Notes: generated by a model not told the origin, from the sequence alone. 64,000 bases of DNA from Candidatus Bathyarchaeia archaeon (GCA_049521795.1 JBEKOM010000003.1:157752-221751), one strand, 5' to 3'. Positions 19,349-29,974 are shown, counted from the first letter of the stretch. Numbers and translations are program-made.

Positions 19349-19858
19349 CTAGTGAAAGAATTTCTTAAGTACAAACTTGAGATTGTAGTTGTAATATTCC
19401 TGTTTGCCAATGTAAGTGACATTTGTCGCTCTGTTCTTTATCTGTTCTTTCTTGAGGCCATACGCTTTGATGCATTTTCCAATATCCTCAAGATCTCTAT
19501 CATCAAGTCTTCCAATTTTCGTTACGACAATGTCAACTGGGTGGAGAGCTCTCAATGATATGCGTTCCAGATTGGCTATTTCTGTACTATTGGCTAAATA
19601 GTCATCTGGAAGGTTCTGACTGAAGATGCACCCATCCAGAAATATATCAATCTTATGACCGTGCGGTACATTTTTCTCGGCCCTCTTGTACTCAGGAAAG
19701 TCACTGCTAGGAATTGTGAAGTCGATGTCTATTGTTGATGGTTTTAGATCAAGTAGTGTCATTGCTGTTCCACCAACGGCTATGAGAGTGATTTTTCTGC
19801 CAAGCTCCTTATTCAACTCTTCTAGAAAGTTGAGTAATTCGCTCTTATCAAGTGGCAT
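19349..19858 (-). CDS. Nucleotidyltransferase toxin-like protein (DUF6036/AbiEii-like)
   Basis: AVGGTAM..K.STIDID, DIVVTKIGR..RDLEDI. Confidence 0.8.
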   Translation of the reverse strand: MPLDKSELLNFLEELNKELGRKITLIAVGGTAMTLLDLKPSTIDIDFTIPSSDFPEYKRAEKNVPHGHKIDIFLDGCIFSQNLPDDYLANSTEIANLERISLRALHPVDIVVTKIGRLDDRDLEDIGKCIKAYGLKKEQIKNRATNVTYIGKQEYYNYNLKFVLKKFFH

Positions 19859-20900
19859 TGTATAATCTCATTTTCTGCAGAATGCTTTGCTCATCGGTCG
19901 GTGTTTCTTCCAAATTGAAGATCTTCAGAATATCTAGTGTCTCACCTGTTTCACTCGACGATTTTATCTTTTGCAGGATTCTCAACAAACCTAAGAGTTT
20001 TCCAGTTGTTCCGAATTTCTGACTTAAGAATGCCAACAGGTTGCTTCTAAAACTGTTTTTTGCCAGAACTATTGGTACAGCTTCCAGTCGCCTCGGATCG
20101 TCTAGAAGTAATAGGGCCGTGATTAAGTATTCGATGCAAAATTTCTTGCCTTGTTCTATCTTGAGCCCAAATTCTTTGTATCCAAATCTGCCAAGATTGT
20201 AGACGATATCCAAATCTGAGATGCTAGCTGGTTTTGTTTCTGTCTTAATAAATTTGATTTCGGTCTTTTCTGCAACTTCTCTGATTTCACTCCAGAACGC
20301 TTGAGGACAGAAAAAGACGGTCTTTCTGAATAGGGCTTCTCTGAGGGGATTGATCTCATCCGACCTTATCAGATCAGAAAAATCATCTTCATCTAGGATA
20401 AGACTGTCAACTCTCAAGTTATACTTGTTCTGCAGTTTCAACATTTCGCTGTAAAGCCTAACAGTCTCATTATGATAATCAGATGTTTTCCTTAAGAGAA
20501 AGAGCAACTCAACCCTGTTGAGTTTGATGTTTTTTACGAGATTTATGGAACTAATCGATTTTATTGCGCACGTTTCATTCAGAGACTTGTCCATTTCTGT
20601 TAAGAATATCAGCAAGTCATTTCTATTCTTTAAGAGTTCCATCTTTTTCTCCATTTCCATCTCCGACAGGAGATCGATCAATAAGTAATTCTGAAAGTTT
20701 AGTTTAATAATGGAAGATCTTCCCAGGTTGTCGAGAGTAAGCACATTTTCTTTCTTTAGTTTCTGCAATTTTTGGTAGATGTTCGCATAATATGCACTGC
20801 CATATGTATCTTTGATTCTCTCAGTAAGCTGATTAATCGACAAACTTTCACCTAAATTAGATGATACCGTATCTAAGATTCGAAGCGTGGGTGTATCCAT
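19848..20900 (-). CDS. wHTH-containing putative antitoxin/regulator
   Basis: N-terminal wHTH (SINQLTERI..YANIYQKLQKL), overlaps the NTase gene. Confidence 0.7.
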   Translation of the reverse strand: MDTPTLRILDTVSSNLGESLSINQLTERIKDTYGSAYYANIYQKLQKLKKENVLTLDNLGRSSIIKLNFQNYLLIDLLSEMEMEKKMELLKNRNDLLIFLTEMDKSLNETCAIKSISSINLVKNIKLNRVELLFLLRKTSDYHNETVRLYSEMLKLQNKYNLRVDSLILDEDDFSDLIRSDEINPLREALFRKTVFFCPQAFWSEIREVAEKTEIKFIKTETKPASISDLDIVYNLGRFGYKEFGLKIEQGKKFCIEYLITALLLLDDPRRLEAVPIVLAKNSFRSNLLAFLSQKFGTTGKLLGLLRILQKIKSSSETGETLDILKIFNLEETPTDEQSILQKMRLYNAT

Positions 20901-20926
20901 TTTGTATTTTTCTCCTAAGTCATCAT

Positions 20927-20981
20927 TATAGCCAATTGACTATATACTAACTAACTATAACATTATAGTAAACAAACTATA
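20927..20981. promoter_or_regulatory. TATAG-N8-CTATA inverted-repeat operators upstream of the TA-like operon
   Basis: Copies at 20927-20944 and 20964-20981, degenerate third copy between them. Confidence 0.6.
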
Positions 20982-21386
20982 AAAAGACTACTGCCAACCA
21001 CTCGACATTCCAACAATTCGAGAATCAGACTTTTCTGAACATTCTCGACAAGAAAAAGCAAATTCTCCTTACATCCAACCGAATTGAAAATCGGAAGCGC
21101 GCGCGCTGCAAGGAGTTCCCATGTCAATCACATTATGACCAAAAAGACGGAGTTTACTCCAGACAATCTCTGAATAATTGGAAAGACTTGATGAGTAGAG
21201 GCTTTACTCCATTCCAGTAGCATGGCTCAGCCTTTACACATGATATGGTTGTTGGATAAGCTTTACCACCAAACCCACACAAAAAGGGGAGAAGAGGGGA
21301 GGCATCGAACGCGCGTTTTATCCCTGCGTGTCTTCGACAAACATAAGTCCTAGTTCTTTCTACTGTGGTATCTTGCGTGCGCTTGA

Positions 21387-21728
21387 ATGACTGTTCAGAT
21401 TGAGGTCTACGTGAGAAAAAAGAGGCAGATAGTCCGGCAGTACGTTACTCCTCCTGTGTCGGATGGCATCCAACACCATGCTTGCATGTCTAAGCAAGTA
21501 ACAGAATTCGAGGAAGTCCTTCCTGACGCCGACAACCAAGCGTTGAGAATTGTGGATCAACTGGCGACTGAATTCGCGGTGCCCTTCAAGGTCTACAACA
21601 TTGCAACCTTTGCGGGAAAACTAAAAGCAAAATCAAAAGGCATCACGAAGACTCCGACCGTAATCCTGAACGGAGAAAAGATAGAGAGCATCAGTGTCGA
21701 GGTTCTCAGAAGCAAAATACATATCTAG
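21387..21728 (+). CDS. Small thioredoxin/glutaredoxin-fold protein lacking CxxC
   Basis: C-terminal GITKTPTVILNGEK thioredoxin-fold motif. Confidence 0.65.
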   Translation: MTVQIEVYVRKKRQIVRQYVTPPVSDGIQHHACMSKQVTEFEEVLPDADNQALRIVDQLATEFAVPFKVYNIATFAGKLKAKSKGITKTPTVILNGEKIESISVEVLRSKIHI

Positions 21729-21845
21729 CATGTGTCAGAACATAGCCACAACTTTGAAAGGTCGTTAACGCTAGCTCCCTGTCTGGATCATCAAAACTTC
21801 GACAATGCATTCACATTGTCGTTGTGGGCACCAGTTTGGTTGGGT

Positions 21846-21861
21846 GGATAAAACTTTGCCC
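21846..21861. repeat. Palindromic motif GGATAAAACTTTGCCC (direct copy at 22489-22504, flanking the GNAT gene)
   Basis: Identical 16-mers on both sides of 21921-22412. Confidence 0.8.
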
Positions 21862-21920
21862 CACGCACAAAAATTCTGGAAATGTCGAATGCCTCTGCAA
21901 GCAAAGTTGCCTCTTTGGCG

Positions 21921-22412
21921 TTATGAGAGAAATTTGCTGTAGATTATCATGTCCAATCCTCTTGTGTGTTTTCTCAAGAAGCCTTCGGGCAAGAATCCAT
22001 TGTTGACGTACAGCCTTATTGCTGGCACGAGGTGTGGTGATGTGTGCAGCCAGATCTTGTGGGCTTTTCTTTTCCTTCCCTCTTTGATGAACCTGTTCAG
22101 AAGTCTTGACCCAACACCTCTGCCTCGGCACTCCTTTGTTACCGCCAGAAATCCGAGACTGCACACTCCCGCTGCTTCTCGGCCCAAAGCCATACCTACA
22201 ATCTGACGGTTTTCCACAGCAACTAAAAGAATCTCGCTCTTGTTTTCTATTCTCTCCCTGAGCTTCTTGATGTACTCAGGTTCATGCATGCTCTTGATTT
22301 CAGGGTCAACGAAAGAAGCAGGCAACCACTCACGAAGACTCTCAAAGGTTCTAATCAGACAATTGTCCAGGTTTTCGCAATCCTCAACAACAGCAAAACG
22401 AACCTTGAACAT
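21921..22412 (-). CDS. GNAT family N-acetyltransferase
   Basis: LAV..ECRGRGVGSRLL motif A; AIRLY.NNGF. Confidence 0.9.
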   Translation of the reverse strand: MFKVRFAVVEDCENLDNCLIRTFESLREWLPASFVDPEIKSMHEPEYIKKLRERIENKSEILLVAVENRQIVGMALGREAAGVCSLGFLAVTKECRGRGVGSRLLNRFIKEGRKRKAHKIWLHTSPHLVPAIRLYVNNGFLPEGFLRKHTRGLDMIIYSKFLS

Positions 22413-22564
22413 TTTTCCTCATCAACATCTTCAGAATCGTTTCGTTGTGTTTTAAGAATTTTCCTACTGACGTTCACCTTTGAGTTTGGGATAAAACTTT
22501 GCCCGTGCGCGTGTGCGCGCTATAACACCTTGCCTTTAAGCTTCGGACGGAATTTCTAACGCGC

Positions 22565-22746
22565 CTATTTTCTTCTCAGAAGCACCATGTTCAAGCTGTT
22601 CGGAGATTTGGCTTTCTCAAGAGGCTTGTCGAGGTACCACGTACTTTCATTTCCCTGCCACCATCCCAGAAACTCAAATCTGCCGTTGAGTTCCACCAAG
22701 GCCTTGAACTCTTGGGGAAAAATGAACTTCAAATTCTCGCTGCTCT
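22565..22746 (-). pseudogene. 3' remnant of a SAM-methyltransferase-like gene
   Basis: LKFIFPQEFKALVELNGRFEFLGWW..MVLLRRK* resembles methyltransferase C-termini; starts abruptly at (CG)n run 22747-22755. Confidence 0.5.
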
Positions 22747-22834
22747 CGCGCGCGCTCAAGTGTAAAGAAAACATGTAGATCTGTCTGCTCACAGCAAAGT
22801 CTTTAATTGTGTATGCGACCAAGAGCGTCGGTCG

Positions 22835-23710
22835 TTGCCGAACTGGGAGAGGCGCAAGGGATTGATTAAGCGAGTTAGTATCGTTTTTGCGAATTATTGT
22901 CCACACTGTGTACCGTTTTCTCTGCGTAATGCTAACAAAATGTCCGAAGACCTTGGGGTTCCGCTTCTTACTCTTGACATAGAGATCCCTGAGCAGCTTG
23001 AGGCAGCTGACAGGCTCGTCGAAGAACATGGCGATTGGTCGGAGGATTATCTTATCCCTCAAGTCTTTGTTGAACACATGGACGGGAGAGTTAATCACGT
23101 ATTAACTGGTTTTTCAGAGGCAGTTTCGGTGACAGAAGGTTCTTGGAAAGCGCTGTTTTCGAGTAGTTACTATCAAAGCCTCGTACATGAACAACCGGCT
23201 ATCTCGTATCCTCACTCATCATCACATCGTAAGTCGTTGAAGGAGTTTGTAGAGGCATACCTAACGTTCGATGGACAATGTTACAGGCACTGCGATAGCC
23301 CTTCCTCCTTCGTAGATCTGCGATCCGACTCGGATAATGTCATCGGAGCATACGTCTGCCCCGGCGGATACGTGTCCAGGGTCGTCTACTTCAGTGTTCA
23401 CCCAGATATCAAGCAATTCAAAAGCTTTCTTAACTCCCAAGTCGGTAAGGAAATTGTTACCGATCGCGATATCCGTCCAGCCACTAGGCACGGGTGGGAA
23501 TTGGAAAGCGATGCCATGGCTGAGATTGGCGAGGTGAGCCCCACCGGTGTCATAAAGGAGATTTATTGGACAGTCTATGCCAAAACCGAAGACGAAAGAA
23601 GACGGGGAGTTTTTGTCTGCTCACATCCTGGGAAAGGAAGGGGATGCAACAGACTATTCGTTCAAGACAGGAAGTCAAGAAACAGATTGTGCCCAAAGTG
23701 TAAACAGTGA
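22835..23710 (+). CDS. Thioredoxin-like (CPHC) domain fused to a Cys/His-rich region
   Basis: YCPHC, LIPQVFV; later CxxHC, C..GC, CPKC. Confidence 0.7.
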   Translation: MPNWERRKGLIKRVSIVFANYCPHCVPFSLRNANKMSEDLGVPLLTLDIEIPEQLEAADRLVEEHGDWSEDYLIPQVFVEHMDGRVNHVLTGFSEAVSVTEGSWKALFSSSYYQSLVHEQPAISYPHSSSHRKSLKEFVEAYLTFDGQCYRHCDSPSSFVDLRSDSDNVIGAYVCPGGYVSRVVYFSVHPDIKQFKSFLNSQVGKEIVTDRDIRPATRHGWELESDAMAEIGEVSPTGVIKEIYWTVYAKTEDERRRGVFVCSHPGKGRGCNRLFVQDRKSRNRLCPKCKQ

Positions 23711-23893
23711 ACCTTAGCGCGCGCTATAAAGGCGTGAATTTCGCGGCATCCAGCAACGTGCTGAGCGCGCGCGCACGAACCGCAAGTCTTCCAGCAGAGC
23801 GTTAAGGCGCGATTGAGCCCAAACCAAATCGCATGCAATGAAACGAAGAACTGATAGGGTAGAAACAAGAAGTGTCAACGTTAGGGAAAGGTC

Positions 23894-25291
23894 ATGAAGA
23901 TAAAGTTCTTGGGCGCAACGCGTCAAGTGACGGGGTCAAGCTACTTTCTGGACGCTGGCGGAGTGAAGATCCTTGTCGATTGCGGCCTGTTTCAGGAAAG
24001 AGACTATTCCCACAGAAACTGGGAGGCCTTCCCCGTTCCTCCAGACCAGATCCAACATCTCCTCCTAACCCACGTTCACCTAGACCACTCGGGGCTTATT
24101 CCCAAACTTGTCAAGGATGGGTTTAACGGAGACATCCTGCTCACCCCCGCATCCAAACTGTTGTTTCCGATAGTCATTCTGGATTCTGCCCGAATGCAAG
24201 AAGAAGATGCCGCCTACAAGAAAAGACGCCACGAAAAGGAAGGCCGAAAGGGACCCTACTCCGAAATCCCTCTGTACACAGTCCAAGATGCCCAGAAGTG
24301 CTTTCCCCTCCTGAAGGATGTTCCCTACGAAGAATTTCTCTCCCTGAACGACAGAGTCAAAGTTTGCTTCCACGATGCCGGCCACATTCTCGGCTCCGCC
24401 ATGATCGAGATCACTGTCCAAGAACAGAACGAACCGCGGAACATCATCTTCTCCGGGGATGTCGGCCAGTGGGACAACCCTCTTCTTGCTAACCCCTCCG
24501 TCTTTGACCATGCAGATTACGTGGTCATGGAGTCCACCTACGGAGACCGCAACCATGACAACCCCCAAGACATCGATGACAAACTCGGCAAGATCGTCAA
24601 CGACACCATAAAGTCCGGCGGAAACGTCCTCATCCCGACCTTCGTCATCGAACGCGCCCAAGACCTGCTGTACCACTTCAGCCGCTTAGCGCGTGCCAAA
24701 AGAATCCCTTACGTCCCGATCTTCCTCGACAGCCCAATGGCCGTCGAAGTCACAAAGGTCTTCGAACAATGCAAAAAGTATCTTGACAAAGAGACACTGG
24801 ACCTCTTCAAAGATGGCCAATTCCCCTTCGACTTTCCAGGATTGAAACTCGTAGACTCCATTGAGGCATCCAAAGCCATCAACCAGATCAAAGAGTCAGC
24901 CATCATAATGGCCGGTTCGGGGATGATCACAGGAGGACGAATCAAACATCACCTAGTCAGGGAGATAACTCGCTCAGAATCTACGCTCCTCTTTGTAGGA
25001 TACCAAGCGGCTGGGACGCTGGGACGGCAAATCCTGGACGGGGACTCTCCCGTCAGAATCCTCGGACAATCCTACCCAGTTAAGATGAAGATCGAGAAGA
25101 TCGACGGCTTCTCCGCCCACGCCGGCATGAACGACCTGCAACGCTGGCTCAGCAACTTCAAATCCCCGCCCAAGCATGTTTTCCTAACACACGGCGAAGA
25201 AACATCGATTCTGAGCCTAGAAAACTATCTCCAATCCAAGGGTGGATGGCAAGTAAGTGCACCAATATACATGGAAGAATACAACCTCTAA
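23894..25291 (+). CDS. MBL-fold beta-CASP ribonuclease-like protein
   Basis: LTHVHLDHSG, AGHILGSA, FSGD, MESTYG, GFSAHA, THGE. Confidence 0.92.
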   Translation: MKIKFLGATRQVTGSSYFLDAGGVKILVDCGLFQERDYSHRNWEAFPVPPDQIQHLLLTHVHLDHSGLIPKLVKDGFNGDILLTPASKLLFPIVILDSARMQEEDAAYKKRRHEKEGRKGPYSEIPLYTVQDAQKCFPLLKDVPYEEFLSLNDRVKVCFHDAGHILGSAMIEITVQEQNEPRNIIFSGDVGQWDNPLLANPSVFDHADYVVMESTYGDRNHDNPQDIDDKLGKIVNDTIKSGGNVLIPTFVIERAQDLLYHFSRLARAKRIPYVPIFLDSPMAVEVTKVFEQCKKYLDKETLDLFKDGQFPFDFPGLKLVDSIEASKAINQIKESAIIMAGSGMITGGRIKHHLVREITRSESTLLFVGYQAAGTLGRQILDGDSPVRILGQSYPVKMKIEKIDGFSAHAGMNDLQRWLSNFKSPPKHVFLTHGEETSILSLENYLQSKGGWQVSAPIYMEEYNL

Positions 25292-25331
25292 CCTCTCCAA
25301 AAGACTGCATCCCCTAGTCTATGCGCGCGCA

Positions 25332-25408
25332 GCTCTGAACCAGTTGGCCTAGGACAAAGAGAATGCTGGTTGCAGGATGTTTGAAGCAGTGGACTCGAAC
25401 CCATTTGG
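25332..25408 (+). repeat. Second copy of the 18995-19071 repeat, bounded by (GC)n runs
   Basis: GCTCTGAACCAGTTGGCCTA.GACAAAGAGAATGCTG..GGACTCGAACCC. Confidence 0.8.
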
Positions 25409-25475
25409 CGCGCGCGCCTCAAAACCAAAAACTGGCTTAGAAGAACTGATAGAAGTGTTTTCTATTCTACATGAC

Positions 25476-26233
25476 TCAGATATCAACTTGTTTTCGGACA
25501 AAGTCTACCATTTTCTCTGCCCAACGCTCCAGATACTCTTCTCCTTGACCAGCTTTAGCTTTGCGAGGATCACCAAGCACACCATTCTTCGAGACGGCTT
25601 TGATGCCTTGACTATACATTAGACCCATCAACTTATCATCGAAACTTCCCACAAAACCTGTTTCAGCATTCTTCATGTCAACCAGATCTTTGCGTATCGC
25701 TAAAACCATTGACGTTTCGGATTCACCTGCATGAGCCCCTGACTCACCAGCCGTAATTCCATATTTAGATGAAAACTCGGTAAGGAATCCAAGAAGACCT
25801 TTCAGATCCGCGTAAGATACGACCTTAGTTCCTTCAAGACTTTGGTTGAGCTCATCGGTCACCTCTCGCACAGCATTGAAATTTCCGCCATGAGATGGAA
25901 GTATAACGATGTTCTTGAATCCCTGCTTTGCCAAACTAGCACAGTAGTCGCGGATCAAACTTTTCAGCGTTTCCGGTCTAAGACTGATGGCTCCGGGGAA
26001 CACCATGTGAGCATCGGAGCATCCTACATTTATAGAAGGCGCTTGAAGAGCCCTACCAAGTTTCAAAGTCACTTTATTGGCCAAAACATCACCTTCCAAC
26101 GTGTCCGTACAGGTAGGCAGATGAGGCCCATGCTGTTCATTTGAGCCCACAGCGAATACAACCGTGCTAAAACCTCTGTCCAGGGCTTTCTGGATATCAA
26201 GCCGAGTCATCTCGGACATGCGAACCTTAACCA
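25476..26233 (-). CDS. Creatininase/creatinine amidohydrolase (MftE-like) family
   Basis: GSNEQHGPHLP..TD, SHGGN, HAGESETS, GVLGDP; start uncertain (26233 or 26291). Confidence 0.9.
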
Positions 26234-26575
26234 TTTGTGTTTCCTCGTCTTGTTGATCTAACGTGCCATACTCAAGCGACTTAGTGTTCACAATTTTGTT
26301 TCGGTTCGGTTATATCTTTTCCGCAAAAGTAAAAAATGGTTGGTTAGACCAAAGTCTTATCCCAGTATGAAAATCGAAGGAATTTAGTAGTTCCTTCATT
26401 CGATATGGTAATGTGGTTACGATGGTGCAAAAGACACTTCTCGAAGAAGAGAAAATCGAACGAACTACCCGTCGCGCGCGCTTTTTTTTGTTTTTGTTTT
26501 TTTGTTTGTGTCAAGGTGTAGAAAGTAAGAGAGATAATTAATAGTAATAAGAGAAGAAAGGAAGAAGAAGAAAAA

Positions 26576-26765
26576 GGGTAAAGTTTTATCCAACCAAACC
26601 AAGATTCAATGGCTTCAGCATGATTCTGGGAAGACAGGATGAGTCAGGCGTATACCAGATTCAGGATATACATGGAGCTCTCATGGCATGGAAAAGAAGG
26701 CTAGTACCAAAAATCAAGTCATAATAGGGTTAAGATATAGGTATAGTCGGAATCGAGTATACGCC
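26576..26765 (+). repeat. Dispersed ~190-bp element, copy 2, with internal 16-bp inverted repeat
   Basis: GGCGTATACCAGATTC (26647) pairs 14/16 with GAATCGAGTATACGCC (26750). Confidence 0.75.
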
Positions 26766-26869
26766 TGCTCTAAATGATATCACTAAACGAGCGCCCATTG
26801 GTTAAAAATGGGACAAAACTCCTATATGTTAGGTATTAGCTTGAACTTCTTAGGATGTGGTGAGAGAGC

Positions 26870-27097
26870 ATGGAACTCCATTGTCTGAAATGTGGTCATC
26901 TACTACCAAAAGATGAGAGCGCAAAATCCTTGTTCCCGTTTGAAGTTTACCGCTGTCGGAATTGCGGGGACGGTTTGCTTTTTGATATGGCTACAAAAGA
27001 AGCTTTTCTGATTCCTAAAAGTCTAGGACTTTTCGAGATGACACTTGAAAAAATCAAAAAAGCAATCAACAAAATTCCGTACGATGAAGATTATTAA
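26870..27097 (+). CDS. Small C4 zinc-ribbon protein
   Basis: CLKCG..CRNCG; GGTGA upstream. Confidence 0.6.
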   Translation: MELHCLKCGHLLPKDESAKSLFPFEVYRCRNCGDGLLFDMATKEAFLIPKSLGLFEMTLEKIKKAINKIPYDEDY

Positions 27098-27345
27098 ATT
27101 TCTAGCAAGCCTTTGGCAATTAAATACAAACCAAGGCCCCTTACCAAATGCGCGCGCGCAAGTGCTTGAAGCATAGTCCAAACATTTAATCTTTCTACGA
27201 TCATAGCGCGCGCTTGCTGTGCCGATTTAAGATTTCTGTCTGTCTTTTTTGTCTGTCTGGGAGAGAGAGTAAGTGAGTGGTTGAGTAGTAGAAGGGTTTG
27301 GGTTTGGGGTTAAAATTTAATCCAACCAACCAACCAACCAACATT

Positions 27346-27999
27346 CTAAACCTGCAATTCCTCGTCTTCTTTCAGTGCCACAACCCTTGTTTTTGAGTTG
27401 GTTTCCACCTTCTCTTTGAAGTCATCAATGTCTTTTCCCTGATTGTGCATCGGTATCACGATTTTGGGTTTTATTGCTAGAGAAGCCTCGGCGGCATCGA
27501 CATTGTCCATAGTGTACGTATCCCCAGTGGGAAGCAACGCAACGTCCACCTTTCCAAGTTGCTTCATCTCAGGGACAAAATCCGTATCTCCAGCATGATA
27601 GATAGTCTTTCCTTCAGCTGTTATCAGATACCCGACACCGAGACCCTTTGGGTGCCAAGGATTTCCAGGAGACTTGAAACGCTTAAGGTTGTAGGCTTCA
27701 ACAGCCGTCACGGCTATGTCTCCGATGATTGCCTGTTCTCCAGGTTTGAGTTTTCTGACAGCGCCGCCGATTTTCTTGACGCAGGAAAGGAAGAGAGGAA
27801 AAGGAGCAATTATCACGGTGTCAACTTTGTGAGCTTTGTTGATTTTCAATGTGTCACAATGGTCAAAATGTGCATGCGTAACCAGAATCAAATCTGCTTT
27901 CTGATTGTATTCACCTTTGTAGGGGTCTATGTAAATCGTTTTCCCTTTAGTCTTGATTCGAAAACTAGCATGCCCCAGCCACTTTATAACCACGGTCAT
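27346..27999 (-). CDS. MBL-fold metallo-hydrolase (UlaG/beta-lactamase_3-like)
   Basis: WLGHASF, THAHFDH, YHAGDT, PMH. Confidence 0.9.
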   Translation of the reverse strand: MTVVIKWLGHASFRIKTKGKTIYIDPYKGEYNQKADLILVTHAHFDHCDTLKINKAHKVDTVIIAPFPLFLSCVKKIGGAVRKLKPGEQAIIGDIAVTAVEAYNLKRFKSPGNPWHPKGLGVGYLITAEGKTIYHAGDTDFVPEMKQLGKVDVALLPTGDTYTMDNVDAAEASLAIKPKIVIPMHNQGKDIDDFKEKVETNSKTRVVALKEDEELQV

Positions 28000-28056
28000 T
28001 CTGACATCGCCTTTCTCGTCCAATCATCGCCGCTTTTCTAATCATTATGGTGGTTT

Positions 28057-28392
28057 GGATAAAACTTTACCCCAACCAACCAACACGGACGACGGACGAC
28101 GACGACCACGACGGACGACGGAGACGTGAGACGACGACGAAGGATGGAAGGAAGGATGGAACAAAAGTGCTTTTCAACGTTAAGAAATGTATGTCTTAAG
28201 CTCTTCGTAAGACGTACATTAGCGCGCGCGCGCTAAAAATGTCAATATAAATAATTTAGCAACAAACTGGCGCGCGCACCGTTTCCGTCTTCCGTCGTGG
28301 TTTTCCGTCGTGGTCGTCCGTCGTTCGTGGTCTTTTAGGAAATCCGTCCGTCGTCCGTGGTTTGGTTGGTTGGTTGGGTTAAAATTTAATCC
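28057..28392. repeat. ~336-bp imperfect inverted-repeat element with central perfect palindrome
   Basis: Arms: palindromic motif + (CCAA)n + (ACG/ACGG)n versus their complement; TTAGCGCGCGCGCGCTAA at 28219-28236 near the centre. Confidence 0.75.
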
Positions 28393-28498
28393 CGACACAT
28401 ACCTAGCATTTTCGGGCTTCTGCTCAATTACTCGCTAACAATTACTGATCGTACATACAAAAAATAATATAAATGCTATTTCAACTATTTTGTAAATT

Positions 28499-29446
28499 AT
28501 GAAAATAGCTGTCGTCGGGATTGGAGGTGAAGGCGGCTTCTTCGGAGCGGTTCTCGCAAATGCTGGAAACGATGTGACCCTAATCGCTAGGGGGCAAACC
28601 CTGGATGCCCTGAGGACTAATGGCCTATTCGTCAAATCCAACTCACTCGGAGACATCAAACTATCTGTGAAAGCAACTGATAGGCCCGCCGAAGTTGACC
28701 CCGTTGACCTAATCATGTTCTGCGTGAAGACCTACGACCTTGACTCCGCCGCGCAGCAGATGTCACCACTTATCAGTGAAGGAACCGTCATAATCCCAGT
28801 TCAGAACGGAGTAGAGGCCGCTGACCGCATAGGGAATATAGTCGGATTAGAGCATGTCCTCGGAGGAGTCTCCTGGGTGAACGCCAGAGTTGAGAAACCA
28901 GGCGTGATCATACACGGAGGTTCGACGAGGCTAATATTCGGGGAACTCGCAGGAGGTGTGACGAGGCGCACAGAAGAGATCTCTAAGGTTCTCAAAGAAG
29001 CCAATATCGCCGCCGAACTTCACCCAGATATCCGCCACGCGTTGTGGGAGAAGCTTGTCTCCAACTCAGCATTCAACGGGGTCTTTTCATTGATTAGGCT
29101 CCCAGCAGGGCCTGTCCGAGATTGCCCTGATTCTATGCAGTTGCTACGCGACACGATGAAGGAGAACGTCATGGTGGCAAAGGCGTGTGGAGTCGCAATA
29201 CCTGAAAGATTTGTCGATGATAGTATGAAGATGTTAGAGGGGTACGCGAGTTGGGCTAGGCCGTCTATGCAGGTCGACCTCATGGCGGGTCATCGGCTGG
29301 AACTTGACGCTATGATCGGCACCATTGTTCGATTGGGTCGAGAGAAGGGGGTGGAGACCCCTATCAATTCCACAATTTACAGGGCGCTCCTACCTCATTT
29401 AAACGGGGCACCCCCAAATCCGACTCCTCCTGAAGATCGAATGTAA
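28499..29446 (+). CDS. panE: 2-dehydropantoate 2-reductase (ketopantoate reductase)
   Basis: GxGxxG, CVKTYD, QNG, WEKL..N, SMQVD..GHRLELD. Confidence 0.9.
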   Translation: MKIAVVGIGGEGGFFGAVLANAGNDVTLIARGQTLDALRTNGLFVKSNSLGDIKLSVKATDRPAEVDPVDLIMFCVKTYDLDSAAQQMSPLISEGTVIIPVQNGVEAADRIGNIVGLEHVLGGVSWVNARVEKPGVIIHGGSTRLIFGELAGGVTRRTEEISKVLKEANIAAELHPDIRHALWEKLVSNSAFNGVFSLIRLPAGPVRDCPDSMQLLRDTMKENVMVAKACGVAIPERFVDDSMKMLEGYASWARPSMQVDLMAGHRLELDAMIGTIVRLGREKGVETPINSTIYRALLPHLNGAPPNPTPPEDRM

Positions 29447-29554
29447 CGCCGATTTATGCGGTCTGTATGTACGTAGCGCGCGCTATTACCAGACTTGACA
29501 TAAAGAGTCGCAGTTATTTGGAATTAAAAAAAGAAGAAGGTTTTGGGTTTGAGG

Positions 29555-29869
29555 CTATTTGGCTTTTAGCATTTTCATGGCTTCTTCCATGCCCGTCGCC
29601 AATTTGACTTCGGCTGTTTCGTACTTGCCTAGTGCCAGAGCTTCTGGTTCCATATTGGCTTTTTGGAAAGCTTCTAGACTTGGGGCTTCGATTATAAAGA
29701 CGCTCAGATGTTCTGAAATGACACCTCCACCCCAAAGCATCTTCATTTTGTATTTCTTCGATATTTTGTCCATGTTGCTAAACCAGTCCACGTAGGTCTT
29801 TCTTGTTTTTTCATTGAACAGCGGGCAGTTTTCGGGCGCATGCCTTGTAATCATCAAGAATGTAGGCAT
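29555..29869 (-). CDS. Small hypothetical protein (GYD/DUF3303-like ferredoxin fold)
   Basis: H.PENCP and H..VFIIEAPS motifs. Confidence 0.65.
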   Translation of the reverse strand: MPTFLMITRHAPENCPLFNEKTRKTYVDWFSNMDKISKKYKMKMLWGGGVISEHLSVFIIEAPSLEAFQKANMEPEALALGKYETAEVKLATGMEEAMKMLKAK

Positions 29870-29974
29870 ATCAAAACGCTCCAAATTATCATTTCTACAA
29901 ACTATATAAAAGACTTTGCTTTTTTCAAAAAAAGTCTCAGCTTTATGGAATTTTACTTAAATGAAAAATAATCC

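Noticed and set aside
22565-23098. 177-aa minus-strand ORF as a full gene
   Set aside because: Its 5' half is antisense to 22835-23710; only the part beyond the (CG)n run looks protein-like
28075-28375. Possible CRISPR array in the repetitive region
   Set aside because: Low-complexity 3-4 bp units; no constant repeat with unique spacers and no cas genes
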